Origin: Candidatus Micrarchaeia archaeon
Lineage (GTDB): Archaea; Micrarchaeota; Micrarchaeia; Burarchaeales; Fermentimicrarchaeaceae
Assembly (NCBI GenBank): GCA_038871515.1
Contig: JAVZHX010000001.1
Span: 1-64,000, forward strand
DNA: 64,000 nt
Direction of reading: 5' to 3'
The notes below the pieces were generated by a model. The model ran no database searches, had not been told where the DNA came from, and worked only from the letters and a program-made list of their open reading frames with translations. Each line of letters opens with the position of its first letter. The first letter of the stretch is position 1. Made by a program: the position numbers and the translations under genes. Shown here one piece after another: positions 1-9,695 of this stretch.

Positions 1-386
1 TGTTAAAACAAAGGAATTACTGGCAGTAACTGTCTCCTGGGGAAGACACTCTGCCGTGGCGTGTGATTTTATCTCTTCTGTGCTGAAAACCTGTGAGGGT
101 AAGCCAGTATTCCTAGTTGACCACGCACCATGGTACCTGTGGGCATTCAGGGTGCTGAAGCTGAAGTATGAGCAGATTGCTTTCAGCACAAGGAACTGTA
201 TAGAGAGGTGGTTCAGAACTCTTAAGGAGAGGACAAGGAGGTTCTACAACAACTTCATGAGCGGAAGAGGATTGATTCATGTTGTGAGCTTACTGAGGGT
301 GTTTGTCCTGTACTACAATTTTATGAGAATCCACACAAAATTTGGAAAGCCACCCGGCAGATGGGAGGGCTTATCTTGACAGTATC
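1..386 (+). mobile_element. 3' end of an IS6-family insertion sequence (truncated by window edge)
   Basis: Frame 2 is open from base 2 to TGA 377-379 and encodes an archaeal IS6-type DDE C-terminus (KPVFLVDHAPWY...RNCIERWFRTLKERTRRFYNNF). Candidate right IR CTTATCTTGACAGTATC at 370-386 overlaps the stop. Confidence 0.8.
2..379 (+). CDS. IS6-family DDE transposase, C-terminal part
   Basis: VD..PWY and N.IERWFRTLKER motifs; the ORF extends upstream of the track's start at 56 to the window edge. Confidence 0.85.
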   Translation, partial: VKTKELLAVTVSWGRHSAVACDFISSVLKTCEGKPVFLVDHAPWYLWAFRVLKLKYEQIAFSTRNCIERWFRTLKERTRRFYNNFMSGRGLIHVVSLLRVFVLYYNFMRIHTKFGKPPGRWEGLS

Positions 387-436
387 TAAAAGCGGGTAGG
401 ATAATTTAATATATTAGAACTTTCAAAATACGCGTT

Positions 437-997
437 ATGAGAAAAGGAGTATCACTGAAACACAAGCTGAAACTGTTTTTAAGCAACTACAAGAAGCTTC
501 ATGAAGCAGCAATCACCCACCACGAGGAGGAAGTGGGAAGAACTGCTTTGGATATAATTGCTGGAAGCAGAACTCTTTCGGAATGGGATAAGAGTCACTA
601 CTTTGGCGATACTGCTATTTTCTCTCCTCATCTTTCAGTTGCAGAGGATTCATGGAGGAGGATTGAGGAGGGAGAGATTTCCGAGGAGAGCAAGCTTGAT
701 AGAGCGAGGTTTGTTGCAAGCTTCTCCAAGCACGAGCCTGTTGCGCTTGATGCGCTCGCCTACATAGAGAGAAGCGAGCTGGATGAGAGAGGGAAGGTTG
801 AGCATGCAAGATACGTGGGGGCTCACACGCAGCATCTATCCGTTGCAAAAAGAACCCTCAACTTCATACTGAGAAGCGGTTTGAGGGATGAGGAGAAAAT
901 AAAATACGTGAGGGAGCTTGCGCAGCTTTCAAAACACAAAGCGATAAGGAGCAAAGCTTCTGAATGGCTTGGAAGTTACAGAATACGCAGGGGGTGA
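437..997 (+). CDS. Hypothetical alpha-helical repeat (HEAT-like) protein
   Basis: Repeated (S/T)xHxxVxxxAxxxI...S.L.ExxK units; AT-rich promoter upstream; resembles 61010..61351. Confidence 0.6.
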   Translation: MRKGVSLKHKLKLFLSNYKKLHEAAITHHEEEVGRTALDIIAGSRTLSEWDKSHYFGDTAIFSPHLSVAEDSWRRIEEGEISEESKLDRARFVASFSKHEPVALDALAYIERSELDERGKVEHARYVGAHTQHLSVAKRTLNFILRSGLRDEEKIKYVRELAQLSKHKAIRSKASEWLGSYRIRRG

Positions 998-998
998 A

Positions 999-3638
999 TC
1001 ACTCAAAGGAAACCTTTTCCTTTGTTTTTCCTCTTGCGAATGTTTTGCTGCCTCCCCCTGCACCACCAAACTTCCCATATAGTTCATTAAGCAGTTTTGA
1101 CGCATCCTTTCCAGATTCCTCAGGAGTTGCGGCAACAACATCATTCTCCTTATTTGCAAGCACCGCTGTCACATCTTCATCAGCAAGCGCAAGAGCAATT
1201 TTTTCAAGAAGCTCCCTCCTCACGTCAAGCACCTTCCTAACCACGCCATCCCTCGCCTCCCCAACCAACCTTTCCGCCTCAAGCTCAGCAATTCGCTCTT
1301 CAAGCTCCTCAAGCATCTTCCCCCTCTCCTTCCACTCAGCGAAAAACCTTTCCCCAGTTGATGGAAGCTGTTCTGGAGGAACCCTAAGCTTCTCTGAAAG
1401 CTGCCTCACTATCTCCTCCTCAACTTGTACGTATTTCAGTGCTTCCTCACCTGCAACGAACTCAATTCTGCTCACCCCATCCTGAATTCTCTCCTCCTTG
1501 ATTATCTTTATCATACCAACCTTGCCGGTGCTGGGCATATGGAGCCCACCACATGCTTCTGAGTCAACCCCTTCAACTTCAACTATTCTCACAATCTTTC
1601 CTGGAGATGCACCTCCCTGGTATATTGTGAAACCATACTTTCTTTCAGCTTCTGCTCGCGGCATGTTTGCTATTCTCACCTTCCTATCCTCAAGCACAAT
1701 GCGGTTTGCAAGCAACTCTATCTCCTTTATCTGCTGAGGTGAAAGTTTTTCATAATGCGTTATATCAAGGTGCGCTCTCTCCTTCTCCTTTCTCGCACCT
1801 GCCTGCCACACGTGCTTTCCAAGCTTCTCCCTGCATGCGTAATTCAATATGTGGGTTGCAGTATGATGCCTCATCAAAGCCTCCCTTCTCTCCTTATCAA
1901 TTTTAAGGTGAACAACCTTCCCTTTCTCAAACTCGGGTTTTTCAACTACGTGGAACACCACTCCCCCAACCTTCTGAACATCGGTTACATTAACCCCGTC
2001 AATACTTCCAACATCCGCAGCCTGCCCTCCCCCTTCTGGATAGAAGATTGTTGCATCAAGCACAACCGCTCCATCTTTTACTGCGACAACCTTTGAGTCA
2101 AGCTCAAGCTTCTCCGGGTTTTCGTAATAAACCAGCTTTGTTTCAGGAAGATTAGCTGCATCAAAACGCGGTTTCTCCTCCCTCTGAATAATGTGATTGC
2201 GCGTCAGCGCATCGTAAAAGTCAGATGGAATTTTCACCTCAATTCTCTCATCCCTTGCAACTTTCTCAATTAGCTCAGGAGTTATTCCGTGCGTTTCATA
2301 TAGTTTTGCAAGCTGCTCGGATGTGAATGAACTTCCTCCCACAAGCGCATCCGCAACAATCCTCCTTGACTTCTTTATTGTTGAGGAATACCTTTCTTCC
2401 TCAACTTCAATTATCTTCTGCATGTGAGGTAAATTCTCAATCAGCTCTGGGAAAAGTGGCTGGAGCTCCCTGCAGTTCATCTCCATTACTTCAATTAACT
2501 TAAACGGGAAGTTGAACTTCTCTATGAAACTCAGCGCTCTTCTCAGCACAACCCTCAAGTTGTAACCTCCTCCTGCGTTGCTTGGGAGAGCTCCATCAGT
2601 TATCGCGTAAGCAAGCGTTCTTGCATGGTCGCATATTGCGTATACTGCTTCAAGCGGTGCTATCTTTTTTTCAAGCTCAGCAACGCTCACGCCAAGCAGC
2701 TTTGCAATGCTCTTTCTCAAACTTCCCATATCTGTTGCAACGTCCGCATCAAGCGAGCCACTGAGCTTTGCGTATTTCAGGAAAAGCTCCTCATCATACT
2801 CCAAGCCAGCTTGCGTTATCATCTTCCCCGTCACAGAACCAAAAACCGCATCATAGCTCGTTGGGGTTCCCTGCGTTATCCAGGTAAACCTCTCCAAGCC
2901 TGCTCCCATATCAATTATCTTCTCGTCCATCTCCCTGTATTCGTTCAAATCACCAAGGAACTGTGTGAAGACAGCATTCCCAAGCTCCAAACCCCTCACG
3001 TAGTACTCAAGCGAAAAGCCAAACGCGCCGTAGCCTACCCACGCATCCTCAACAAAAACTATCTCCTCCTTCGGAATTCCAAAAACTTTGTTCACAAGCT
3101 TGAAATCGAGCTCAATGCATCTATCCTTCCAGTAACCTTTCTCGTTTGCAACTGCGTGCTGCCCAACCATAACAAACGAGCTGTAATGCCTTCCGGTAAC
3201 GCCTATGTTTGGTATGTCAGAAAACCTCAGACAAACCTGTGGGATAATCAGGGGGTTGGCTGGAAGCTCAAATTCAACAACTCCGTTCTCAACACGCTGA
3301 AAATCAATTATTGAAGCAACAGTGAAAAACAAATCAGGCCTCCAGCGCGATACAACAGGGTATCTTCTTATTGAAGCGTGGTTGTTTGAAACAAAAAACT
3401 TTTCAATTTCCTTCCAGGTTTCAACATAATTGAATTTTTTGCTTGTTGGTGGGTTGCCTATAAACTCATAGCTCTGACACGTTGAATCTGGACAGGTTTT
3501 TCTATCCGTAAGAGACCAGAAGAATTTTCCACAGTGGGGACACTGCTTTCTTGTAAACCCCTCTCTGTCAAAAAGCTCAACCTTCCAGTATTTTTCATAT
3601 TCTTTCTGAAATTTCTGAATGAGTTCCTTCTTTCCCAT
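999..3638 (-). CDS. alaS: Alanine--tRNA ligase
   Basis: 879 aa; archaeal N-terminal CPHC, RWRPDLFFTVASI, DMGAGLER, FYPEGGGQ, editing HHTATH/CGGLH, C-terminal GGAGGG. Confidence 0.98.
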   Translation of the reverse strand: MGKKELIQKFQKEYEKYWKVELFDREGFTRKQCPHCGKFFWSLTDRKTCPDSTCQSYEFIGNPPTSKKFNYVETWKEIEKFFVSNNHASIRRYPVVSRWRPDLFFTVASIIDFQRVENGVVEFELPANPLIIPQVCLRFSDIPNIGVTGRHYSSFVMVGQHAVANEKGYWKDRCIELDFKLVNKVFGIPKEEIVFVEDAWVGYGAFGFSLEYYVRGLELGNAVFTQFLGDLNEYREMDEKIIDMGAGLERFTWITQGTPTSYDAVFGSVTGKMITQAGLEYDEELFLKYAKLSGSLDADVATDMGSLRKSIAKLLGVSVAELEKKIAPLEAVYAICDHARTLAYAITDGALPSNAGGGYNLRVVLRRALSFIEKFNFPFKLIEVMEMNCRELQPLFPELIENLPHMQKIIEVEEERYSSTIKKSRRIVADALVGGSSFTSEQLAKLYETHGITPELIEKVARDERIEVKIPSDFYDALTRNHIIQREEKPRFDAANLPETKLVYYENPEKLELDSKVVAVKDGAVVLDATIFYPEGGGQAADVGSIDGVNVTDVQKVGGVVFHVVEKPEFEKGKVVHLKIDKERREALMRHHTATHILNYACREKLGKHVWQAGARKEKERAHLDITHYEKLSPQQIKEIELLANRIVLEDRKVRIANMPRAEAERKYGFTIYQGGASPGKIVRIVEVEGVDSEACGGLHMPSTGKVGMIKIIKEERIQDGVSRIEFVAGEEALKYVQVEEEIVRQLSEKLRVPPEQLPSTGERFFAEWKERGKMLEELEERIAELEAERLVGEARDGVVRKVLDVRRELLEKIALALADEDVTAVLANKENDVVAATPEESGKDASKLLNELYGKFGGAGGGSKTFARGKTKEKVSFE

Positions 3639-3668
3639 AATAACCAGATGGATTTGTGTTGTAGAGTA

Positions 3669-4310
3669 TTAAATCCTTTTTGCTTCTTTTTGGTATTCCT
3701 GATACGAGTAGAACACAATGTAGATTGTTACAAGAAGCAAAGGCAGCACAAGAAGGAAAATTGCATACGGGGGTAGGAGAATTCCAATAAGGGAGATGAG
3801 AGCAACTATTTTGAGAAGCTTCCCTCCAAGCTTGTGCGTTTTATTCCAAACTCTCTCACTGCTCAGCGTCCATGGAGTTTGTATCCCTATAAACCAATTT
3901 CTTTTAGCATTTTCGGTAACCACTCCTGAGTAGTAAAGCAGAACTGCCAATGCTGGAGTGAGCAGCTGAACCATATTAAATTTAACATCAACATTCCAAA
4001 GTAGCATAAGAAAGTGAATATATAGGAAAAACAATGCAACAACCACCATAAAGTTTTCGTAGTATTCTCTGAACTTCTGTATGTTTGCTTTCAACGGGTC
4101 TATTTTTGGTATGAGAATAAAGAGAATTAGAAGAAGGATAAGAACAAACGGCATCAGCAGAACTCCCCAGAATTTCTGTGTATACCCATCTGCTTCCCCA
4201 AACATATTCCAATGGGAAGCAATGCTTTCAGGTAATCTAGGATAGAAGTATACGCTCAGAAGAAAGGAGAGAATTACTACTGCCAGTATAACCATTTCGC
4301 TTTTTCTCAT
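3669..4310 (-). CDS. DUF1648/SdpI family membrane protein
   Basis: LPESIASHWN..GEADG and NWFIGI.TPWTL.SE.VW.KTH motifs; several TM helices. Confidence 0.9.
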   Translation of the reverse strand: MRKSEMVILAVVILSFLLSVYFYPRLPESIASHWNMFGEADGYTQKFWGVLLMPFVLILLLILFILIPKIDPLKANIQKFREYYENFMVVVALFFLYIHFLMLLWNVDVKFNMVQLLTPALAVLLYYSGVVTENAKRNWFIGIQTPWTLSSERVWNKTHKLGGKLLKIVALISLIGILLPPYAIFLLVLPLLLVTIYIVFYSYQEYQKEAKRI

Positions 4311-4314
4311 ATGA

Positions 4315-4845
4315 TTAACTTTGCTTTGCCAGTTTAAAAATGTGATGCCTGTGAGGAGAGTTCAACTGCTTCTCCATGTATGCAACAACAAACCCCTCAA
4401 CTCTCTGCTCCACGTCGCCAACGTAGTGGTAACCCTGCTTTCTCAGAAACTCATAAGCGCCAGCGGTGAGAGGAAGTATAACCGCCCTTTCAACTCCCAT
4501 CCTTCTTAGCTCCTCCTCATTTTTTCTCAGCAAAGCGCTTCCAACTCCCTGCCTTCTGTGAAGAAGGGAAACTGCAGTGAGTATCTCAGCGTTTTTGTGG
4601 TTTTCAATTATTGAAACTGAACCACCTATAACTCTTTTGGTTTCTTTATCAACTGCAATAAATTCAATGCACTTCTCAGATGGCTCAAGCTTAACCTTCT
4701 TCATTCCCGCTTCCCTGAAAATTTTTGTGAGCTGATTTCTCTCTTCCTCTGTTTCAATTCTTTTTACTACAAACTTTGATTCCCCCTCCCTTCTTATGCT
4801 TTTAAGCGCCATAGTTAGTTTACTCATCTGGAGTATATATTCCAT
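4315..4845 (-). CDS. GNAT family N-acetyltransferase
   Basis: Motif A V...HRRQGVGSALL and motif B AYEFLRKQGY. Confidence 0.85.
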   Translation of the reverse strand: MEYILQMSKLTMALKSIRREGESKFVVKRIETEEERNQLTKIFREAGMKKVKLEPSEKCIEFIAVDKETKRVIGGSVSIIENHKNAEILTAVSLLHRRQGVGSALLRKNEEELRRMGVERAVILPLTAGAYEFLRKQGYHYVGDVEQRVEGFVVAYMEKQLNSPHRHHIFKLAKQS

Positions 4846-4888
4846 TCACTCGTAGGGTTTATAAAGGATTTTTCCACTAAAATAATGG

Positions 4889-4960
4889 GGGCCCGTAGTC
4901 GAGTGGTAAGACGTCAGTCTCACACACTGAAGATCCCCGGTTCGATCCCGGGCGGGCCCA
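4889..4960 (+). tRNA. tRNA-Val(CAC)
   Basis: Acceptor GGGCCCG/CGGGCCC; anticodon arm TCAGT-CTCACAC-ACTGA; T-arm CCCGG-TTCGATC-CCGGG; TTTATAAA upstream; CCA not encoded. Confidence 0.95.
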
Positions 4961-5006
4961 CTCCGCTAAGCATTTTAAATGTTTAATTTGATAATAAACA
5001 AACCTA

Positions 5007-5081
5007 GCTCCGATCGTCTAGTCCGGTTAAGGATTCAGGCCTCTCGAGCCTGCGACCCGGGTTCAAATCCCGGTCGGAGCA
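5007..5081 (+). tRNA. tRNA-Glu(CTC)
   Basis: Acceptor GCTCCGA/TCGGAGC; anticodon arm CAGGC-CTCTCGA-GCCTG; T-arm CCGGG-TTCAAAT-CCCGG. Confidence 0.95.
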
Positions 5082-5126
5082 CTGAGCCTTAAGCTTAAAT
5101 CGGAGATTATAGTAAGGGGATGAGGA

Positions 5127-6212
5127 TTATAAACTGAAATTCTCGCTGAATTTATTTTTATAAATCTCAGTAACCAAGCTAAACAGCTCAGGTTTCTCTC
5201 CTTTTTTCAGCTGTGATAATAACGCTTGGAACTCCTCCTTTCCAACTTCTCTTTTTTCCATATATGTTGTGAGAAACAGCTTCTGCATCTCAGTTTCATT
5301 TTCACCTATGCTTTTTGAAAAACTTGAAACTGAGTTAAGCATAACTGTGATATCATGCAATCTGCTGAATTTAGAGGAATTAACAACCGTGCTGTTGTCA
5401 ACCATTCCTGCATCAAGAGTCAGATTCTGCGGTATGAGGTGCCCATGTGATTTGTTTAGATTATGTATTCTGGCTAGATTATTCGCCTGTCTTTCAACCC
5501 ACCACAGAGTATACCCGCGTATGCTCATCCCGCGCTGAGCCGCAAATTTTTCAAAATCCTCCTTCTCAGCTTCATCAACCCTCATCAGCTCAGAGAAACC
5601 TCTTACGTATAAAACTGGCTGAAAGCTTTCTGGTATAATTTTTCTTTTCTTCAGCTCCTCAACGCCAACCTTCTCTCCATCAGCCATTATCACTTCTTTA
5701 ATTTCTATTATTGCAATCGGCGCAGATGTTTTTATTCCATTTTTTATGAATAGATTGCTCGCCTCCCAATCTGCTTTTGCATTCTCAAGGTTCATCAAAC
5801 CCCAGATTGTCTGCCCGTGCTTTTCAACTGGCTGCTCACCTGCGTGAATGCTTTTCTGCGGCATTCCCACTCCTTTTACCTCAACATAGTTGTATACATT
5901 CCCATAAACATCCGCAAACTTCAAATTAAATGAAAGAGATCTTCCATGCTCAAGCAACCCAAGCATGTTTGTTATAATATCTTTCTCGCTAACATTTTTC
6001 CCCTTCCAGTCAACAAAAACAGAAAGATTTTTCTCAATATCCTCCTTCTTTATTGGAAAATTTTTGATAAGCTCATCGTTGAACATAACAAGCTTTCCGC
6101 TCACCCTTGCAACTCTCTCCTCAAAAAAATTGTCAGATAACTTTGACATGGGAAGGGGTTTCGCCTCCCGTATAACTTCAGATGGGCTCCTTTCAGTTAT
6201 CTTATGCGTCAT
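5127..6212 (-). CDS. SelO/YdiU-like pseudokinase-fold protein (putative AMP transferase)
   Basis: Ordered SelO-like motifs: KLVMFNDEL, HGRS, EVKGVG, NGIKTSAPIAI, VRGFSELMR, HGHLIPQNLTLDAGMVD. Confidence 0.65.
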   Translation of the reverse strand: MTHKITERSPSEVIREAKPLPMSKLSDNFFEERVARVSGKLVMFNDELIKNFPIKKEDIEKNLSVFVDWKGKNVSEKDIITNMLGLLEHGRSLSFNLKFADVYGNVYNYVEVKGVGMPQKSIHAGEQPVEKHGQTIWGLMNLENAKADWEASNLFIKNGIKTSAPIAIIEIKEVIMADGEKVGVEELKKRKIIPESFQPVLYVRGFSELMRVDEAEKEDFEKFAAQRGMSIRGYTLWWVERQANNLARIHNLNKSHGHLIPQNLTLDAGMVDNSTVVNSSKFSRLHDITVMLNSVSSFSKSIGENETEMQKLFLTTYMEKREVGKEEFQALLSQLKKGEKPELFSLVTEIYKNKFSENFSL

Positions 6213-6252
6213 ATTTTAATTTTAGTTCTATTCCAATATAAATAGTGAGAGG

Positions 6253-6942
6253 ATGGGTGAAGCTGTCAAAGCATGGGAGAAGAGAGCTCTTTCAAAACCA
6301 GATGTTTGGAAGGAGATGCTCCACCCTTACTTTCTGAGTGAGGATAGGGAAACAACAGAAAAAACCGTGGGGGAGCTGAGGAGAGTTTCATCCATCCTTG
6401 AAAACAGATTTGGAGATGATTTTATAGGTATGTCCCTCGCCGGAAGCAGAGCAAAGGGATATGCCAGAGCAAGCAGGGAGAAAAGGGGGAGCGATTTTGA
6501 CGTGCTTGTTTTTTTCAAGAAAGCGGAGAGGGAGAAAGTTGAGGAGTTCAACGAAATTATGCTGAAAAATCTTGAGAGCAGAGTGCTGATGGAGCTTGAG
6601 ATTCATGGGTTTGAGCTTTCAAAAACAATCAGAGATTTAAGGGCTGGAAGGGTGAATGAAAAGGAGATAGCTGCTTATTTTATGGGTGAGCCAATAAGCG
6701 GGGAGAGGAAGCTTGCTGACGCAAGGTGGGAGATAATAAGGGAAATTTCAAAAAACCCAGAAGCAAAAGCAGTATGGGATAGAGTTGTTTCCTGGCATGT
6801 TGAAAGCGAGGTTATGCTTCCGAAAAACCCTGAAAAAGTAGGTTTAACAGAGAAGGAAATTGAAGAAATTAATAGAGAGAGGGTGAGGAGGTTATCCCTC
6901 CCCAGCTGGGATGCTGTGAAAGAGCAGCTGAAGAGATTATGA
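6253..6942 (+). CDS. Pol-beta superfamily nucleotidyltransferase with helical C-terminal extension
   Basis: hhGSRAKG...SDFDVLVF signature. Confidence 0.8.
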   Translation: MGEAVKAWEKRALSKPDVWKEMLHPYFLSEDRETTEKTVGELRRVSSILENRFGDDFIGMSLAGSRAKGYARASREKRGSDFDVLVFFKKAEREKVEEFNEIMLKNLESRVLMELEIHGFELSKTIRDLRAGRVNEKEIAAYFMGEPISGERKLADARWEIIREISKNPEAKAVWDRVVSWHVESEVMLPKNPEKVGLTEKEIEEINRERVRRLSLPSWDAVKEQLKRL

Positions 6943-7659
6943 GTGTTTTATCTGCGGAGCGTTAGCAAACAATCGTGAATCCCCAAACGACTCCTTTTTC
7001 TTTGAGTTAAATTCATGCAACCTTTTTATGATTTCTACTGATTCGCTTACCGCAGTTGCTGTTTCCTCAGAATTCCTTGGGAAAACTTCTATTTCAACAA
7101 CCGCTTTATCTCCTGAGAACTCCCTCAACGCTCTCCTCATCCAGTGATACGTTGCGCTATCCTCCTTCTTTTTCTCTCTCAGTTTTTTATCAAGCACGTC
7201 AAGTGACACTCTCCTTATTCCCTTCTCGTGCAGCTCCTCAATCAGCTCTGAAACTGGACGCTCAACTTCACCTGGGAATTTATTAACGCATGCAATATCA
7301 CTGCACAGCGCAGTTGCTTCAAGAAGCTGGCGACTGAGCACGTTAACGTGTGGTTTGAAACCACCTTTCTCAGATTTTTCAAGTCTCGTCTCCTTTGCAG
7401 ATTCCGGAGTTCTGCAGTTCACACATACAACCATATTCGCTCTGTCTGCTGCATGGTTAACTGCAAAAATCAGGTTTTTTGTCCTCCCTTCAACTGTGTT
7501 TGCGGTTTGGTTGTGCATAACAGAGAAACGGTTGGCGCGCAACTCCTCTGAAAGTTTCTTTGTAAATTCACTATTCTGACTTGAACTGATGCTCACAATT
7601 ATTTTATACTCCTGCTCCTGTTTGTTTTTCTGCACCACCACCATAATGTAATTGCTCAT
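6937..7659 (-). CDS. Hypothetical alpha/beta protein
   Basis: 240-aa ORF with host-like composition; weak TIR-like or amidase-3-like pattern only. Confidence 0.6.
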   Translation of the reverse strand: MSNYIMVVVQKNKQEQEYKIIVSISSSQNSEFTKKLSEELRANRFSVMHNQTANTVEGRTKNLIFAVNHAADRANMVVCVNCRTPESAKETRLEKSEKGGFKPHVNVLSRQLLEATALCSDIACVNKFPGEVERPVSELIEELHEKGIRRVSLDVLDKKLREKKKEDSATYHWMRRALREFSGDKAVVEIEVFPRNSEETATAVSESVEIIKRLHEFNSKKKESFGDSRLFANAPQIKHS

Positions 7660-7755
7660 TTGACATATTTATTTTTTGAGGTTATTGTCGTTGTTAGTTA
7701 GTTTAAAAAAGCAAGCACCTGAAATATAGTTGTAGCAGATAAATCAAGTGGTGGA

Positions 7756-9096
7756 ATGGCTTCCCTAACTCTATACGGAGGAGTGAATGAGATAGGAGGA
7801 AACAAAATTCTTGTTGAGGATAGGGGAAGCAGGGTGTTTCTTGATTTTGGGCAATCCTTCTCCCTGCTGGATGATTATTTTGTTCCGGAGGTTTATCTAA
7901 CGCCAAGGGAGAGGTTTGGCTTGAGGGATTATTTTGAGTTCAACCTTGTGCCTAAGCTGAAGGGGTTGTATTCAAAGGAAGCAATTGAGAGGACAGACCT
8001 TTCCTACTCCGAACCGGAGTTTGACGCTGTTTTCATCTCTCACGCGCATTTTGACCACGTAGCTCACCTGCAGTATTTGCATGAGGCGATTCCTGTTTAC
8101 ATGGGAGAGGCAACAAAGATGATTTTGGAGAGCACTGAAATTACAACGAAGAATAGGATGCTGCCAGAGGGTGAGGTGAGAACTTTCAGAAGCGGAAGGG
8201 AGATTTCAGTTGACAACCTGACTATCACCCCAATTCACGTTGACCATTCAGTTCCAGGGGCGTATGGATTTATTGTTGAAACATCTGAAGGAGCGGTTGT
8301 TTATACTGGTGATTTCAGGTTGCACGGTCCAAAGGGAGTTATGAGTACAGAGTTTATTGAAAAAGTAAAAGAAGTGAAACCAGAAGCATTGGTTATTGAG
8401 GGAACACGGGTCCTGCAGGAGGAGAAGAGGAAAAACTTTTCCGAGGAGATGGTTTACTCTGAAAGCAGGAGGATTGTTTCTGAAACAGATAAATTTGTTA
8501 TGACAATGAGATACCCAAAGGATTTGGATAGGTTTATGACTTTCTACAGAGTTGCAAACGAATGCGGGAGGGAGCTGGTTGTTTCAATGAAAACAGCACA
8601 CCTTTTAATTGCAGTTCAAAAAGATGAAAGGCTGAAACTGCCAGATCCTAGGAGGGATTCTGTCCTGAGAATCTATGGAAGGGAGCTGAAGAGATATGAT
8701 AGGTGGATGAAGGAGCTTATGAAGAATGCGGTTGATTATTCATACGTTGCGGAAAATCAGAAAAAAGTAATACTTGAGCTTGATTTATGGTGTCTTCCTG
8801 AGTTAATAGACATTCAACCAAAAGGAGGTGAATGCATTCACTCAATGAGCGAGCCTTTTGAGGAGGATCCAATTTCACAGGTTTCTGATGAAGTTTTCTG
8901 CAACTGGTGCAGGCATTTCAACCTTAACAACCATCAGTTACATGCAAGCGGGCATGCAAGCAAAGGAGAAATTTTTGAAATTATAAGAGAGACAAAACCA
9001 GGTAGAATTTTACCAATTCATACTACGGGATTTGAGCTTTTCAAAAAGGAGTTTAAAGTAGAGAGTGTTGAAAAAGGAAGAAAAATAGAACTTTAA
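7756..9096 (+). CDS. MBL-fold beta-CASP hydrolase, RNase J-like
   Basis: [37 protein letters not shown] motifs. Confidence 0.9.
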   Translation: MASLTLYGGVNEIGGNKILVEDRGSRVFLDFGQSFSLLDDYFVPEVYLTPRERFGLRDYFEFNLVPKLKGLYSKEAIERTDLSYSEPEFDAVFISHAHFDHVAHLQYLHEAIPVYMGEATKMILESTEITTKNRMLPEGEVRTFRSGREISVDNLTITPIHVDHSVPGAYGFIVETSEGAVVYTGDFRLHGPKGVMSTEFIEKVKEVKPEALVIEGTRVLQEEKRKNFSEEMVYSESRRIVSETDKFVMTMRYPKDLDRFMTFYRVANECGRELVVSMKTAHLLIAVQKDERLKLPDPRRDSVLRIYGRELKRYDRWMKELMKNAVDYSYVAENQKKVILELDLWCLPELIDIQPKGGECIHSMSEPFEEDPISQVSDEVFCNWCRHFNLNNHQLHASGHASKGEIFEIIRETKPGRILPIHTTGFELFKKEFKVESVEKGRKIEL

Positions 9097-9695
9097 CTTC
9101 GTGATATTCTCTCCAAATTTCTTTCAACTTCCTCCCAATTCACTATATTCCAAAATGCATCCACATACCTTGCTCTATCATTTTTATAGTCAATGTAGTA
9201 CGCATGCTCAAAAACATCTAGCACCATAAGAATTTTGAAAGTTGGGTAGACATTAACATTGTGCTTCTCAATCTGCATTATCATCAATCTATCAGTCTGC
9301 TCGCAGAAGCTCAGAGCTGCCCAACCAGAACCCTCAACTGAGAGCGCAGCTTGGGAGAATTCCTTCTTAAACCTCTCAAAGCTTCCAAATTCCTTTTCTA
9401 TCGCATCTGCCATTTTTCCACCTGGCTTGTTGGTTTTGGAAGGGGGAGCGAGGTTCTTCCAGAAAATGGAGTGAAGAAGGTGACCGCCAATGTTGAATGA
9501 CAATTCCTTCAGCGTTGCCTTTATATCAACATCAATTCCTTCCTTTCTTGCCTTATCAAGTTTCGCAAGAATTGCGTTTGCTCCATTCACATACGCTTGA
9601 TGGTGCTTCTGGTGGTGTATTCTGAGCTGCTCCTCTGAGATATAAGGGGAAAGCTCTCCGTAACCATAATCCAACTCGGGCAGGGAGTAGACCAT
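9093..9695 (-). CDS. sod: Fe/Mn superoxide dismutase
   Basis: [38 protein letters not shown]. Confidence 0.97.
   Translation of the reverse strand: MVYSLPELDYGYGELSPYISEEQLRIHHQKHHQAYVNGANAILAKLDKARKEGIDVDIKATLKELSFNIGGHLLHSIFWKNLAPPSKTNKPGGKMADAIEKEFGSFERFKKEFSQAALSVEGSGWAALSFCEQTDRLMIMQIEKHNVNVYPTFKILMVLDVFEHAYYIDYKNDRARYVDAFWNIVNWEEVERNLERISRS

Noticed and set aside
964..3314. Long plus-strand ORFs opposite alaS, and similar Ser/Phe/Leu-rich antisense ORFs throughout the window
   Set aside because: Shadow frames of purine-rich genes with no recognisable motifs.
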